A stretch of 64,000 nt of DNA from the NCBI GenBank assembly GCA_031266915.1, contig JAISAB010000001.1, positions 37,994-101,993 on the forward strand. The letters are read 5' to 3'. The stretch comes from Rickettsiales bacterium. Lineage in GTDB: Bacteria > Pseudomonadota > Alphaproteobacteria > Rs-D84. Positions 29,116 through 41,632 of the stretch are shown here, piece after piece. The notes beneath the pieces were generated by a model. That model was given only the letters and a program-made list of their open reading frames with translations, was not told the DNA's origin and ran no database searches. Position numbers and translations under genes: made by a program. Numbering within the stretch: position 1 is the first letter of the stretch; each line of letters starts with the position of its first letter.

Positions 29116-29895
29116 ATGAGCATTTTTTCTTTGGATGGAAAAGTAGCACTTGTCACCGGCGCGTCGGGGGTAATCGGTGGCGCTGTTGCGCGCGCGATGT
29201 ATGAAAACGGCGCGACCGTTGTCTTGAATGGGCGCAACACCGAGAAGCTGAACGCTTTGAAAGAAAACTTGACAAACGGGGGGGGGGTACAAACTTCCCT
29301 TTCTTCCCAAGAAGCACATACTGTCGCATTAAGTCTGATGGATGTCGACGCGACGAAAAAATTGGTCAAGTCCGCGACCGAGTTGACCGGAAAAAACATC
29401 GATATTTTAGTGAATGTGGCGGGGCTGCATCAGTTGAAAGTTTTTGGAAAAATATCCAAAGACCTGCTGTACAACATTATGAATATAAATTTTACGATTC
29501 CGTTCATTCTGTGCCAAGAGGTTATGCCCGCGATGGTCCAAAACAAGTTCGGTCGGATTATCAATTTTTCATCCGTTGCGGCGCACGGCGCGGCCGGGCA
29601 GGCGCATTATAATTCGTCGAAATCCGCGGTCGAGGGACTGACATGCTCGTTGGCGTCGAACGAAAACTTCGTCAAAAACGGCGTCACAATAAACGCTATC
29701 GCGCCCGGAATCATCGATTCGGATATGTCGAAAATGATTCGCGGCAAGGCCAAGGAACGCAACCTTATGATGATTCCTATGGAACGTTTCGGCCGGCCCG
29801 AAGAAGTCGCCGGCGCCGCCGTCTTTTTGGCCAGCAATGCCGCAAGTTATATAAACGGCCAGATTATTCGCGTCGACGGTGGAATGGTCCGGTAA
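29116..29895 (+). CDS. FabG-like short-chain dehydrogenase/reductase (paralog), contains a G10 homopolymer
   Basis: GKVALVTGASGVIGGAVA Rossmann motif, YNSSK catalytic motif; poly-G at 29278-29287. Confidence 0.7.
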   Translation: MSIFSLDGKVALVTGASGVIGGAVARAMYENGATVVLNGRNTEKLNALKENLTNGGGVQTSLSSQEAHTVALSLMDVDATKKLVKSATELTGKNIDILVNVAGLHQLKVFGKISKDLLYNIMNINFTIPFILCQEVMPAMVQNKFGRIINFSSVAAHGAAGQAHYNSSKSAVEGLTCSLASNENFVKNGVTINAIAPGIIDSDMSKMIRGKAKERNLMMIPMERFGRPEEVAGAAVFLASNAASYINGQIIRVDGGMVR

Positions 29896-29907
29896 AAGGA
29901 AAACGCC

Positions 29908-30192
29908 ATGCCTGATTTTTTGATTACGATTTCTGAAATCATGATATTTATTTGCGGCGCGGGTTCGATTCTGTTGCTGAACCTGAACAACAAGTATTCA
30001 AAATACGGCGTGTTTATCGGACTGCTGAGCCAGCCTTTTTGGTTCATATCGGCCGCAAACAGCCAATCGTGGGGAATTTTTGCGGTTTCATTTATTTATA
30101 CCGCGTCTTATCTGACAGGCATTTACAATTTTTGGATAAGAATCAATCGGACAAACAAAATAAAAAAAGGAAAGGAAAAATGTTCTCGTTAA
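29908..30192 (+). CDS. Hypothetical small membrane protein between the two fabG paralogs
   Basis: ORF only; three hydrophobic segments; AT-rich. Confidence 0.3.
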   Translation: MPDFLITISEIMIFICGAGSILLLNLNNKYSKYGVFIGLLSQPFWFISAANSQSWGIFAVSFIYTASYLTGIYNFWIRINRTNKIKKGKEKCSR

Positions 30193-30908
30193 AAGACAAA
30201 GTGGCGCTGGTGACCGGCGCGACGGGCGGAATCGGCGTTTGCGTCGCCAAGAAACTGCATGACGCGGGCGCGACGGTTGTCGTGACCGGCCGCAATATTG
30301 ACAAGCTGAACGCCGAGTTCGACGACGCCTATATCAAGATTCCATCCGACCTATCGCTGGATGGCGCGGCGGATGAATTGGTTGCAAAAACTATCGAAAA
30401 GGCCGGTAAAATCGATATTTTAATCAACAACGCCGGCATTACAAAAGACACCCTGATAATGCGCATGACGGACCAGCAGTTCGACGACGTCATCAACACC
30501 AATTTGCGCTCGACCTTCAAAATGTGCCGCGCGGCGGTGCTGCCGATGGCGAAGAACAAATTTGGCCGCATTATCAACATGGCGTCCATCATCGGCGTCA
30601 TCGGCAACGCGGGCCAGGCGAACTATGCCGCGTCCAAGGGCGGAATGATTGCGATGACTAAATCCATCGCAGCAGAGATGGGCAAAAAAGGCATCACGGC
30701 GAACTGCGTCGCGCCTGGATTTATCCGCACGCCGATGACGGATGTTTTGACCGACGAGCAAAAGGAAGCATATCTGAAGCAAATCCCCGCGGGGCGTTTC
30801 GGCGAGCCTGAAGACATCGCCTGCGCATGCGTTTTCCTGGCCAGCGACGGCGCATCGTACATCAACGGCCAGACGCTGCACGTCAACGGCGGGCTGGGAC
30901 GGTTTTAA
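30180..30908 (+). CDS. fabG: 3-oxoacyl-[ACP] reductase
   Basis: Start Met 30180; KVALVTGATGGIGVCVA, NAG, YAASKGG; 243 aa like FabG. Confidence 0.85.
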   Translation: MFSLKDKVALVTGATGGIGVCVAKKLHDAGATVVVTGRNIDKLNAEFDDAYIKIPSDLSLDGAADELVAKTIEKAGKIDILINNAGITKDTLIMRMTDQQFDDVINTNLRSTFKMCRAAVLPMAKNKFGRIINMASIIGVIGNAGQANYAASKGGMIAMTKSIAAEMGKKGITANCVAPGFIRTPMTDVLTDEQKEAYLKQIPAGRFGEPEDIACACVFLASDGASYINGQTLHVNGGLGRF

Positions 30909-30910
30909 CA

Positions 30911-30995
30911 AGTTCGAAGAGCGCAGAGCGTAGAGCGCAGGTGGAGTATATTGATAATAAGGAACCACCTTCGCTCTACGCTCTGCGAATTTCGA
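30911..30995. repeat. Family D palindromic element (intergenic copy)
   Basis: caagttcgaagagcgcagagcgtagagcgcaggtggagtatattgataataaggaaccaccttcgctctacgctctgcgaa. Confidence 0.7.
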
Positions 30996-31007
30996 TCTGA
31001 GGAAAAA

Positions 31008-32660
31008 ATGATAAACTACGACGTCATCATTATCGGCGGCGGGCATGCCGGCGTTGAAGCTGCGGCCGCCGCGGCGCGGCGCGGCGCGAAAACATTGTTG
31101 CTGACTCAGTCGGAAACCGACCTGGGCGCGATGTCGTGTAATCCGTCCATCGGCGGACCGGGCAAATCGCAGATGGTCGCAGAAATCGACGCGCTGGGCG
31201 GAATCATGCCGGTCGCGGCCGATATGTCGGGAATCCACTGGCGCATGCTGAACGCCACGCACGGTGCGGCGACGCGGGCCCTGCGCGCGCAAATCGACAG
31301 GGCTTTGTATTGCAAAGCAATACAAAGAGAGTTAGAGAGTAAAAGAGTTGGAGAGTTAAAGATAGTATTTGAATTCGTGACCGATTTGGATTTAGAAAAC
31401 AAAACCGTCAATAAAAAATACGCCGCGAAATCCATTGTTCTGACCACGGGAACTTTTATGCGCGGGCTGGTTCATCGCGGCGACGAAAAAATTGAATCGG
31501 GCCGTTTGCGGGATGACGGCACCTACCAGGACGCCGACAAAAACATATCGAAAATACTCGAAAAGGCCGGCTTTTCGCTGCTGCGGCTGAAGACAGGAAC
31601 GCCTGCGCGCCTGCGCCGCGATTCGATTGATTTCAGCGGTTTGGAAATCCAGCCCGGCGATGCCGAACATGAATGGTTTTCCGGCGGGGGCGACGAAGAC
31701 GCTGGCCAGGTTTCATGCTTTATCACGCACACAACCCCGGCCACGCACGACATCATCCGCGAAAACATCAATGCGTCGCCGATGTACAATGGCGACATCC
31801 GCGGCACCGGCCCGCGATACTGCCCATCGCTGGAAGACAAGGTCATGCGCTTTCCCGAACACCAAACGCACCATGTTTTTCTGGAACCCGAAGGCCTGGA
31901 CAGCGACCAGATATATCCCAACGGGGTTTCGACCAGCTTTGGCGCCGACATTCAGGAAAAATGGCTGCGCACCATTCCAGGCCTGGAAAACGTGCATATA
32001 GCGCGATTCGGCTACGCCATCGAATACGACGCGATTGATGCGCGGGCGCTGAATGCGAATCTGGAATCCAGAGACATTCCAGGGCTGTTCTTCGCCGGGC
32101 AAATCAACGGAACATCCGGATATGAAGAGGCCGCCGCCCAAGGCGTTGTTGCGGGCGCGAACGCCGCCGCGCGCGCGCTGGGGTTGCAAACGCTGGACCT
32201 GGACCGCACGAATTCTATGATAGGCGTGCTGATTGACGACATCACGACGCTGGGCGTGGACGAGCCGTATCGCATGTTCACATCGCGCGCGGAATACCGG
32301 TTGAGTCTGCGCAGCGACAACGCGATTGCGCGGCTGGGGCCGATGGCCGCGCGGCTGGGATTGATTCCGCAAGCGCGTTATGAAAAAATCTTAAATCTGA
32401 AATTCGAAATCATAAATCGCAACGATGAATTCTATGCCGGGTATATCGCGCGCAACGCGCGCGAAATCGCCGCGTATCGGCGCGACGCCGCCATGGCCGT
32501 TCCATCGGATTTCGATTATAAATCCATGCCCGGACTGACCAATGAATTGATTGAAAAGCTGACACGTGCCCGTCCGCGCAGCATCGCGGCGCTGGGGCGC
32601 ATTCCGGGCATGACGCCGGCCGGCGTCATGGTCGTCCTGCGCAGGATAAAAAACGGCTGA
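31008..32660 (+). CDS. mnmG: tRNA uridine 5-carboxymethylaminomethyl modification enzyme MnmG (GidA)
   Basis: Start Met 31008; YDVIIIGGGHAGVEAAAAAARRGAKTLLLT FAD motif; 551 aa; contains the perfect palindrome ctttgtattgcaaagcaatacaaag at 31305-31329. Confidence 0.9.
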   Translation: MINYDVIIIGGGHAGVEAAAAAARRGAKTLLLTQSETDLGAMSCNPSIGGPGKSQMVAEIDALGGIMPVAADMSGIHWRMLNATHGAATRALRAQIDRALYCKAIQRELESKRVGELKIVFEFVTDLDLENKTVNKKYAAKSIVLTTGTFMRGLVHRGDEKIESGRLRDDGTYQDADKNISKILEKAGFSLLRLKTGTPARLRRDSIDFSGLEIQPGDAEHEWFSGGGDEDAGQVSCFITHTTPATHDIIRENINASPMYNGDIRGTGPRYCPSLEDKVMRFPEHQTHHVFLEPEGLDSDQIYPNGVSTSFGADIQEKWLRTIPGLENVHIARFGYAIEYDAIDARALNANLESRDIPGLFFAGQINGTSGYEEAAAQGVVAGANAAARALGLQTLDLDRTNSMIGVLIDDITTLGVDEPYRMFTSRAEYRLSLRSDNAIARLGPMAARLGLIPQARYEKILNLKFEIINRNDEFYAGYIARNAREIAAYRRDAAMAVPSDFDYKSMPGLTNELIEKLTRARPRSIAALGRIPGMTPAGVMVVLRRIKNG

Positions 32661-32716
32661 ATTCCGTTTTATTTTGCTTGAAATTGGCCGCGAGCGGGGA
32701 TATACTCTTGTCCAGC

Positions 32717-32792
32717 GCCGATGTAGCTCAGCTGGTAGAGCATCTCATTCGTAATGAGGGGGTCGCAGGTTCGAATCCTGTCATCGGCACCA
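32717..32792 (+). tRNA. tRNA-Thr (CGT)
   Basis: GCCGATGTAGCTCAGCTGGTAGAGCATCTCATTCGTAATGAGGGGGTCGCAGGTTCGAATCCTGTCATCGGCACCA; anticodon loop TTCGTAA. Confidence 0.8.
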
Positions 32793-33130
32793 CCATTTTT
32801 GTCCGAACGAAGCGAGGAATACAAAAATGAGTGCCCGCCGGAGCCTGAATTTCGGCGTAGCGCGAAGTGCGAAGTGCGGAGACAAATGGCGAAGGCTTGG
32901 CTGGCCAAGTTTGGAAAGCATCCGCCAAGAAGTGCAATCCGTCAGTAAATTTTTGTGGAAATCGTCAGAAACTTGTACTAGGATTATCGCCGATGGCAAC
33001 ACAAACGGTTATTATTATAGAATAAACAGGCACGCGCTTTGGCGGATGCCCGGGTGCAATGCGCCCGTTTTTTTATCCCGCCCGCGGGGCCGCGAAACGG
33101 GCGGAAAAAGAGTTAAAAAGGAAATACACG

Positions 33131-36181
<3,051 letters not shown>

Positions 36182-36191
36182 AGAAACAAAA

Positions 36192-36935
36192 ATGAAAATA
36201 ACATTGACGCCTGAAATTTATTTTACAAAAGTGCCGCCTACGCTGGATATGAACGTGCGCAGCGAATTGTACAGCACCAACGAATTCACTTTCGCAGTGG
36301 CGGTCATCCTGTCGGCCCAGGCCACGGATAAAAAGGTGAACGAAGTCACGCCCGCGCTATTCGCCGAAGCCCCGACGCCCGAAGCGATGCTGATATTGGG
36401 CGAGGACGGCCTGAAAAAACATATCAAGGTTATATCTTTTTTTAACAACAAGGCGAAAAATATTATCGGACTGGCGCAAATGCTTGTCTCCCCCCTCTTG
36501 GGGGGGAATACCCGCGGAGCGGGGGAGGGGGAGCTCCCCCCAGTCTCGCTCCGCGAGACAGCCCCCCTCAAAGAGGGGGGCACATGGCGCTTTCCGGACG
36601 AATATCATAACCAGCGGGCGCTGATGGCGCTGCCCGGAATCGGGCAAAAGACCGCCAACGTCGTCATGAACGTCTTATGGGGCGCGCCGATGATTGGCGT
36701 GGACACGCATGTTTTCCGCAATGCGCATCGCTACGGATGGGTCGGCGCATCCGACGACACGCCCGAAAAGGTCGAGGCGAAACTGCTGAAACTGATTCCG
36801 AAAAAATACCACGCGATGGTCAACCACGTGATGGTCCTGCACGGGCGTTATACCTGCAAGGCATTGCGACCGCGATGCGCGGACTGCCCAGTTGCGCAAT
36901 GGTGCAACGCGCCTGACAAGAATCTGCCGATATAA
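36192..36935 (+). CDS. nth: Endonuclease III (Nth) with ~100-bp in-frame G/C-rich palindromic insertion
   Basis: HhH motif LPGIGQKTANVVMNVLWG and FeS cluster C-x6-C-x2-C-x5-C at the C-terminus; insertion at 36486-36585. Confidence 0.8.
   Translation: MKITLTPEIYFTKVPPTLDMNVRSELYSTNEFTFAVAVILSAQATDKKVNEVTPALFAEAPTPEAMLILGEDGLKKHIKVISFFNNKAKNIIGLAQMLVSPLLGGNTRGAGEGELPPVSLRETAPLKEGGTWRFPDEYHNQRALMALPGIGQKTANVVMNVLWGAPMIGVDTHVFRNAHRYGWVGASDDTPEKVEAKLLKLIPKKYHAMVNHVMVLHGRYTCKALRPRCADCPVAQWCNAPDKNLPI
36486..36585. repeat. Family J G/C-rich palindromic element (gtctcccccctcttggggggg ... cccccctcaaagaggggggcac) inside nth
   Basis: Related cccccctcttgggggg segment at 52490-52512. Confidence 0.6.
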
Positions 36936-36941
36936 TTCAAT

Positions 36942-36974
36942 ATCGAATTACGAGTCACGAATTACGAATCTCGA
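36942..36974. repeat. Family C cgaattacgagtcacgaattacgaatc repeat
   Basis: Copies at 2586, 37604, 41862, 45208, 50491, 52951; usually next to terminator hairpins. Confidence 0.55.
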
Positions 36975-36975
36975 A

Positions 36976-37003
36976 AAAACCGGCCGCGGCCGGTTTTTTT
37001 TAC
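36976..37003. terminator. Bidirectional terminator (aaccggccgcggccggtt with flanking A/T runs)
   Basis: Serves nth on + and the small genes on -. Confidence 0.55.
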
Positions 37004-37071
37004 CCGACCATATATCCGCATATAAATATCGCAACCGCGGCGATAGCGAATACAAACATTTTTGCTTTCAT
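37000..37071 (-). CDS. 23-aa hydrophobic micropeptide MKAKMFVFAIAAVAIFICGYMVG
   Basis: Perfect SD TAAGGAGG 9 nt upstream of the ATG, overlapping the stop of the upstream gene; followed by a terminator. Confidence 0.4.
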   Translation of the reverse strand: MKAKMFVFAIAAVAIFICGYMVG

Positions 37072-37089
37072 GATTTTTTTTCCTCCTTA

Positions 37090-37368
37090 TTACCAGCCGC
37101 CTTTTAGCTTTTCGGCGCACCCAACCGATTCGCTGCCCATCAAGAAACTGATGCCGATACCGATTGCAAACAGCAGCGCGAATCCGACCAGCATTGGGAT
37201 GCCTTTGGATTTCAGGGTTTCCATAACGGTCGTTTTCCCGTCCGTCGTAATCAGCCCCCACGCCATGTTGGCCAGGACGAATCCCGCGCCGACAAACGCC
37301 AGAACGCGCAGCGTCTGGAATACACCCTGCATCGAGTCTATAAGATTGCATAATCCTGATTCGTTCAT
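37090..37368 (-). CDS. Two-TM small membrane protein, possibly VirB2/TrbC-like pilin
   Basis: 92 aa from Met 37368 (GGAGG SD); LIDSMQGVFQTLRVLAFVGAGFVLANMAWG resembles the VirB2 core (NNICTFILGPFGQSLAVLGIVAIGISWMFG); a second hydrophobic helix follows. Confidence 0.4.
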   Translation of the reverse strand: MNESGLCNLIDSMQGVFQTLRVLAFVGAGFVLANMAWGLITTDGKTTVMETLKSKGIPMLVGFALLFAIGIGISFLMGSESVGCAEKLKGGW

Positions 37369-37384
37369 TTCAAACCTCCGTGTT

Positions 37385-37560
37385 TTACGAACAAAAAAAC
37401 CGCGCAATTGTGTGGCGGTTGGAGGTTCATGACAATTTTTGGGAATTGTGCCGCTTATTCAATATATTCGCAGGCCCTCCAACCGACGGTTGGAGTTTTT
37501 CGTCGAAACACCGACGCCCAAAACAGAGGTCATGACACCCCATCGCAGGAACACCCCGCG
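37385..37560. repeat. Family F structured element (short copy)
   Basis: aaaaaccgcgc...ggcggttggaggtt...ccctccaaccgacggttggag. Confidence 0.55.
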
Positions 37561-37633
37561 ACAAACTGATTATATCAGAATATAAGACAATTACAAATAA
37601 AATATCGAATCACGAGTCACGAATTACGAATCA

Positions 37634-37662
37634 CGAAAAAAACCGCCGAACGGCGGTTTTTT
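37634..37662. terminator. Bidirectional terminator downstream of pheT
   Basis: aaaaaaaccgccgaacggcggttttttt. Confidence 0.6.
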
Positions 37663-37666
37663 TATT

Positions 37667-40072
37667 TCACGTCCGCAGTTTTGCGTCGCAACTTTTTTCA
37701 ACCAGCGCGATAACCGAATTCTGAATTTCCATCAATTCCGCATCCGCGATATTGCCCAGCGGCTGCAGCACGATTTCAAACGCTATTGATTTTTTTCCGT
37801 CCGGCAAATCGAATATGTCGAACACATTCGTCTCGATAATGCGGTCGTCCGCGCCACGCGCGATTTCCGCCAATTCGGCCGGCTCGACATTATTCGCCGC
37901 GATAAACGCAAAATCGCGCGTAATCAGCGGGAATTCCGCCAACTCAATTTTGTCCAGCGCCGGGGCGTCCGCCGTCCATGGCGAATAAGACGCCAAAGAC
38001 GACACATCGTCGACCAATCCCAGCGCGACATTCGTCTTGATGCCGAACTTTTTCGCAACTGACGGGTGCAATTCAGCGAACACGGCGACCGTTTTGTTAT
38101 CCAAAATCAATTTTCCGGCACGATACGGATGCGCCCACAATGGCGGATTGTCGTCGTTTTCCGCGACTGCGCCCGGAAACAGGGACATCAAATCGTCGCG
38201 AATATCATAGACAGACGCATCGCGGCCGTGCTTTACGCCGATTTTTCCGCCCAGGATGCCCGTGCGCACGACTATCAATTGGTCGTGCTGCCACCCGGGG
38301 ACCGGACCGTCGAACACAGCCGCCAGTTCGAACAGAGACAAATTCGAACGGCGGAATCTGTCGTTGCCGGCAACAACGTCCAGCATCGATTGAACCAAAG
38401 AGTTCCGCGCCGTATCGAACGTATCGATAATCGGATTCAAGACGCGGACGCTTTCCTTGTACGACAGGATTTTTTCCTTTTTCGAATCTCCGAAGCCGTA
38501 ATTCATGCATTCGTAATATCCCATCGCCGCCAGCTGTTTTTTCACGGACGGGGCGCGCGCGGTGAAATCTATTTTGGCAGCGTTTTCATCCCTGACGATA
38601 TTGTCGTATCCGTATAATCTTATCAGCTCCGAGACAATGTTCTCGGGAATCGCCACGTCCACGCGCGCGGGCCTGGGGGTAATGGTCCATATGTCGTTAT
38701 TTTCTTCGACGACAAACCCCAGGGCTTCCAGAATCCGTTTCTGCATCGCCGCGTCCAATTCGATTCCGGTCTTTTTCTTGAACAGCGCCGGAGTATATTC
38801 TATGCGGCGCGGTTCCATAATTTTCAGCCATTCGGCGCCGCTTATATTTTTCATCGAATCCGGCGTTTCAGACATAAACGTCAGCTTCGGATTTTTTTCG
38901 TCCCAAACATAACGCGGCGTCATGGCGATTCCGCCGCACGCGTCCGTGATTATTTTCACGGCCTGCAGAATGCCTTGGGGCGCGATTGTCGGGTCTATGC
39001 CGCGCTCGTACCTGTAAGACGCGTCCGTGCTTATTCCGATTCGTTTGGCGGTCCTGCGCACGGTCACCGGGTCGAAATATGCGCTTTCCAGTAAAATATT
39101 TTTCGTCGCATCGGTCGTCATGCCACGCGCGCCGCCGATAACGCCTGCCAGCGCCAGAATCCCGGCCGCGTCCGCAATCACCAAATCGGTTTCTACTAAT
39201 TCGTGCTCGGCGCCGAACAGGTCGGTGAATTTCTCGCCCCGCTTCGCGTTGCGAACGATAATATCGCCGTGAATTTCGTCGGCGTCAAAGCAATGCATAG
39301 GCTGCCCCAGATCATAGCAGATATAATTAGTCGCGTCGATTGGAGCGTTCTTTGGGTTGATTCCGATGGCCGCCAGGCGCGCGGCAATCTTCGGATTCGA
39401 CGGCGCCATCTTGATGTTCTTAATCTCGCACAGATAATAAACCGGACACGCGTCATAGTTTTCAACAACCGCCCGGCGCGCGCCGTCTTTGAATTCGCCG
39501 GCATAATTGTCGTACCTGTCGATAAATTCGCCGATTCCGGCCGCGGCCAAATCACGCGCGATGCCGCGCACCGCCAGATAGTCCGGACGGTTCGGCGTAA
39601 TGCCGGCGTCAAAAATGGATAATGGACAATGGATGATGGATGATGGAATCTGCCCCAATTTCTCAACCTTTTCATCCAGTTCGATAATGCCGTCGTGGTC
39701 GTCGTTTATGCCCAGTTCCCGGCCCGAACACATCATGCCGTCGGATATAACGCCGCGGATTTTGCCCGATTTGATTTCCATATTGCCAATCTTACATCCG
39801 GGGACCGCCAGCGCGGACACCAATCCGACGCGGACGTTTGGCGCGCCGCACACGACCGTGCGCAATGCGCCGGTGCCGTCGTCGACCCGCAGCACATGCA
39901 GGTGGTCGCTGTCGGGATGCTTTTCGCATTCGACAATCCTGGCCGCAACCGGATGCGCGGTTTCGATTAATTCTTCGACCTCCAGACCGATTCGGGTCAG
40001 GGTGTCGGCAATCTCGGCCGGCGTCGCATTGGTGTCCAAATAATCTTTCAACCAATCATAAGTCCATTTCAT
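37667..40072 (-). CDS. pheT: Phenylalanyl-tRNA synthetase beta subunit
   Basis: 801 aa; N-terminal tRNA-binding domain, B3/B4, B5, C-terminal FDX-ACB-like domain order. Confidence 0.9.
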   Translation of the reverse strand: MKWTYDWLKDYLDTNATPAEIADTLTRIGLEVEELIETAHPVAARIVECEKHPDSDHLHVLRVDDGTGALRTVVCGAPNVRVGLVSALAVPGCKIGNMEIKSGKIRGVISDGMMCSGRELGINDDHDGIIELDEKVEKLGQIPSSIIHCPLSIFDAGITPNRPDYLAVRGIARDLAAAGIGEFIDRYDNYAGEFKDGARRAVVENYDACPVYYLCEIKNIKMAPSNPKIAARLAAIGINPKNAPIDATNYICYDLGQPMHCFDADEIHGDIIVRNAKRGEKFTDLFGAEHELVETDLVIADAAGILALAGVIGGARGMTTDATKNILLESAYFDPVTVRRTAKRIGISTDASYRYERGIDPTIAPQGILQAVKIITDACGGIAMTPRYVWDEKNPKLTFMSETPDSMKNISGAEWLKIMEPRRIEYTPALFKKKTGIELDAAMQKRILEALGFVVEENNDIWTITPRPARVDVAIPENIVSELIRLYGYDNIVRDENAAKIDFTARAPSVKKQLAAMGYYECMNYGFGDSKKEKILSYKESVRVLNPIIDTFDTARNSLVQSMLDVVAGNDRFRRSNLSLFELAAVFDGPVPGWQHDQLIVVRTGILGGKIGVKHGRDASVYDIRDDLMSLFPGAVAENDDNPPLWAHPYRAGKLILDNKTVAVFAELHPSVAKKFGIKTNVALGLVDDVSSLASYSPWTADAPALDKIELAEFPLITRDFAFIAANNVEPAELAEIARGADDRIIETNVFDIFDLPDGKKSIAFEIVLQPLGNIADAELMEIQNSVIALVEKSCDAKLRT

Positions 40073-40093
40073 TGTAAAAAACTCCGTTTTTTT

Positions 40094-40186
40094 AGGAACA
40101 GGAACAAGGTGCGGGAACGGGTTGTCTGTTCCTTGTTCCCGCCTGCCCGCCGTAGCCTCGGCGAAGGAGGGTTCCTCGTTCCTTTT
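40094..40186. repeat. Family E element in the pheT-pheS spacer
   Basis: ggaacaggaacaaggtgcgggaacgggttgtctgttccttgttcccgcctgcccgccgtagcctcggcgaagg. Confidence 0.65.
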
Positions 40187-41170
40187 TCAATTATTCTTCA
40201 GCCACCGAATATCGCCTTCAAAGAATTTGCGGCCGTCCGGCAGTCCGTATTTCAACATTGCAATACGATCCCAGCCGAATCCGAACGCGAAACCCTGGTA
40301 TTTGTCAGGGTCTACGCCGCAGTTTCGCAAAACATTCGGATGAACCATTCCCGCGCCGCCCATTTCCAACCAATCCTTTCCGACGCCGATCCGGCCGGTT
40401 TTTTTATCCCATTGCAAATCGAATTCCACCGACGGTTCGGTAAACGGAAAGTACGACGGGCGTATGCGCAGCGCCATGTCGCGCGCGTCGAAATACGACC
40501 TGAAAAACAGTTTCACATCGTTCACCAAATCCGACAGTGTCGTGTCGGCGTCCACAACCAGGCCCTCGATTTGGCGAAACATCGGGAAATGCGTGGCATC
40601 CATTTCTTTGCGGTACGTCGCGCCGGGACAGAATATCTTAATCGGGACGCCTTCGGATTCCATCGCCCGCACTTGGACCGCCGACGTCTGGGTGCGCAGA
40701 ACGTTGCCGCCGTTGACAAAGAACGTGTCCTGCATGTCGCGGGCGGGATGGTGCGCCGGGGTGTTCAATGCGGTGAAGTTGTGCCAATCGTCCTCGATTT
40801 CAGGCCCGGTGCGAATTTCGTATCCCATCGATTCGAATATGCCGCTGATTTCCGACAAAGCCCGGGTCAGCGGGTGCAGTTTTCCCATTGTTTTTTCCGC
40901 CGGCGCGCCGGTCTTCTCGACCTTGGCGGTTACATCTAGCTTTTGCAGCGCCAGCGACGCAGTCATGACGGCATTTTCGATTTCCAGCTGGCGGACTTTG
41001 AACGCCTCGCGCAGTTCCGCGTTTTCCTGATTCAGCGCCGCGCGCGCATCGTTGTCCAGGTTCTTCATTTCCTTCAGCCGCACGGTCATCGCGCCGTTCT
41101 TGCCAAAGACGGACGCGTGCAGCGCCTGCAGCTTTTCCGGCGAATCAATCTTTTTTATCTGTTCCAACAT
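40187..41170 (-). CDS. pheS: Phenylalanyl-tRNA synthetase alpha subunit
   Basis: 327 aa; class II motifs, FRPSYFPFTEPS and GFAFGFGWDRIAML. Confidence 0.9.
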   Translation of the reverse strand: MLEQIKKIDSPEKLQALHASVFGKNGAMTVRLKEMKNLDNDARAALNQENAELREAFKVRQLEIENAVMTASLALQKLDVTAKVEKTGAPAEKTMGKLHPLTRALSEISGIFESMGYEIRTGPEIEDDWHNFTALNTPAHHPARDMQDTFFVNGGNVLRTQTSAVQVRAMESEGVPIKIFCPGATYRKEMDATHFPMFRQIEGLVVDADTTLSDLVNDVKLFFRSYFDARDMALRIRPSYFPFTEPSVEFDLQWDKKTGRIGVGKDWLEMGGAGMVHPNVLRNCGVDPDKYQGFAFGFGWDRIAMLKYGLPDGRKFFEGDIRWLKNN

Positions 41171-41175
41171 ATTTT

Positions 41176-41212
41176 TTCTCTTTTAAAACAAAAACCGTCC
41201 ATTGGACGGTTC
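41176..41212 (-). terminator. Hairpin plus T-run between rplT and pheS (pheST attenuator-like)
   Basis: Minus strand reads ccgtccaatggacgg followed by tttttgtttt. Confidence 0.45.
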
Positions 41213-41247
41213 TTATTATTACAAACAATCAACCTTACCGCCAAGGC

Positions 41248-41616
41248 TTATTTAGCATCAGCGTTATTAAATCGTTTCGCGGTGTCGACCAGCTTGTCGA
41301 ATCCGGCGTCGCCGGCGTACGCCATTTCGGCCAAAACTTTGCGGTCCAGTTCCACGCCGGCCTTTTTCAAGCCGTTCATGAACTGGCTGTACGTCAGCCC
41401 GGCCGCGCGCGTCGCCGCGTTGATGCGCACAATCCACAGCCCGCGGAATTCACGCTTTTTCACGCGGCGGTCGCGATAGGCGTATTGTCCCGCCTTTTCG
41501 GTCTTTTCGCGCGCGGCGCGGTAAGTCGTGCTGTGGCGGCCCAGGTAACCCTTGGCGCGCGTTAGTATTTTCTTGTGTTTCTGATTTACGGTTGTACCGC
41601 GTTTAACTCTTGCCAT
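41248..41616 (-). CDS. rplT: 50S ribosomal protein L20
   Basis: [38 protein letters not shown] typical L20. Confidence 0.9.
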   Translation of the reverse strand: MARVKRGTTVNQKHKKILTRAKGYLGRHSTTYRAAREKTEKAGQYAYRDRRVKKREFRGLWIVRINAATRAAGLTYSQFMNGLKKAGVELDRKVLAEMAYAGDAGFDKLVDTAKRFNNADAK

Positions 41617-41632
41617 TTTAAGTCCCCTTTTT

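Noticed and set aside
32669-32948. Short ORFs overlapping tRNA-Thr
   Set aside because: They overlap a well-formed tRNA and are spurious.
40109-40939. 276-aa plus-strand ORF
   Set aside because: It is antisense to pheS.
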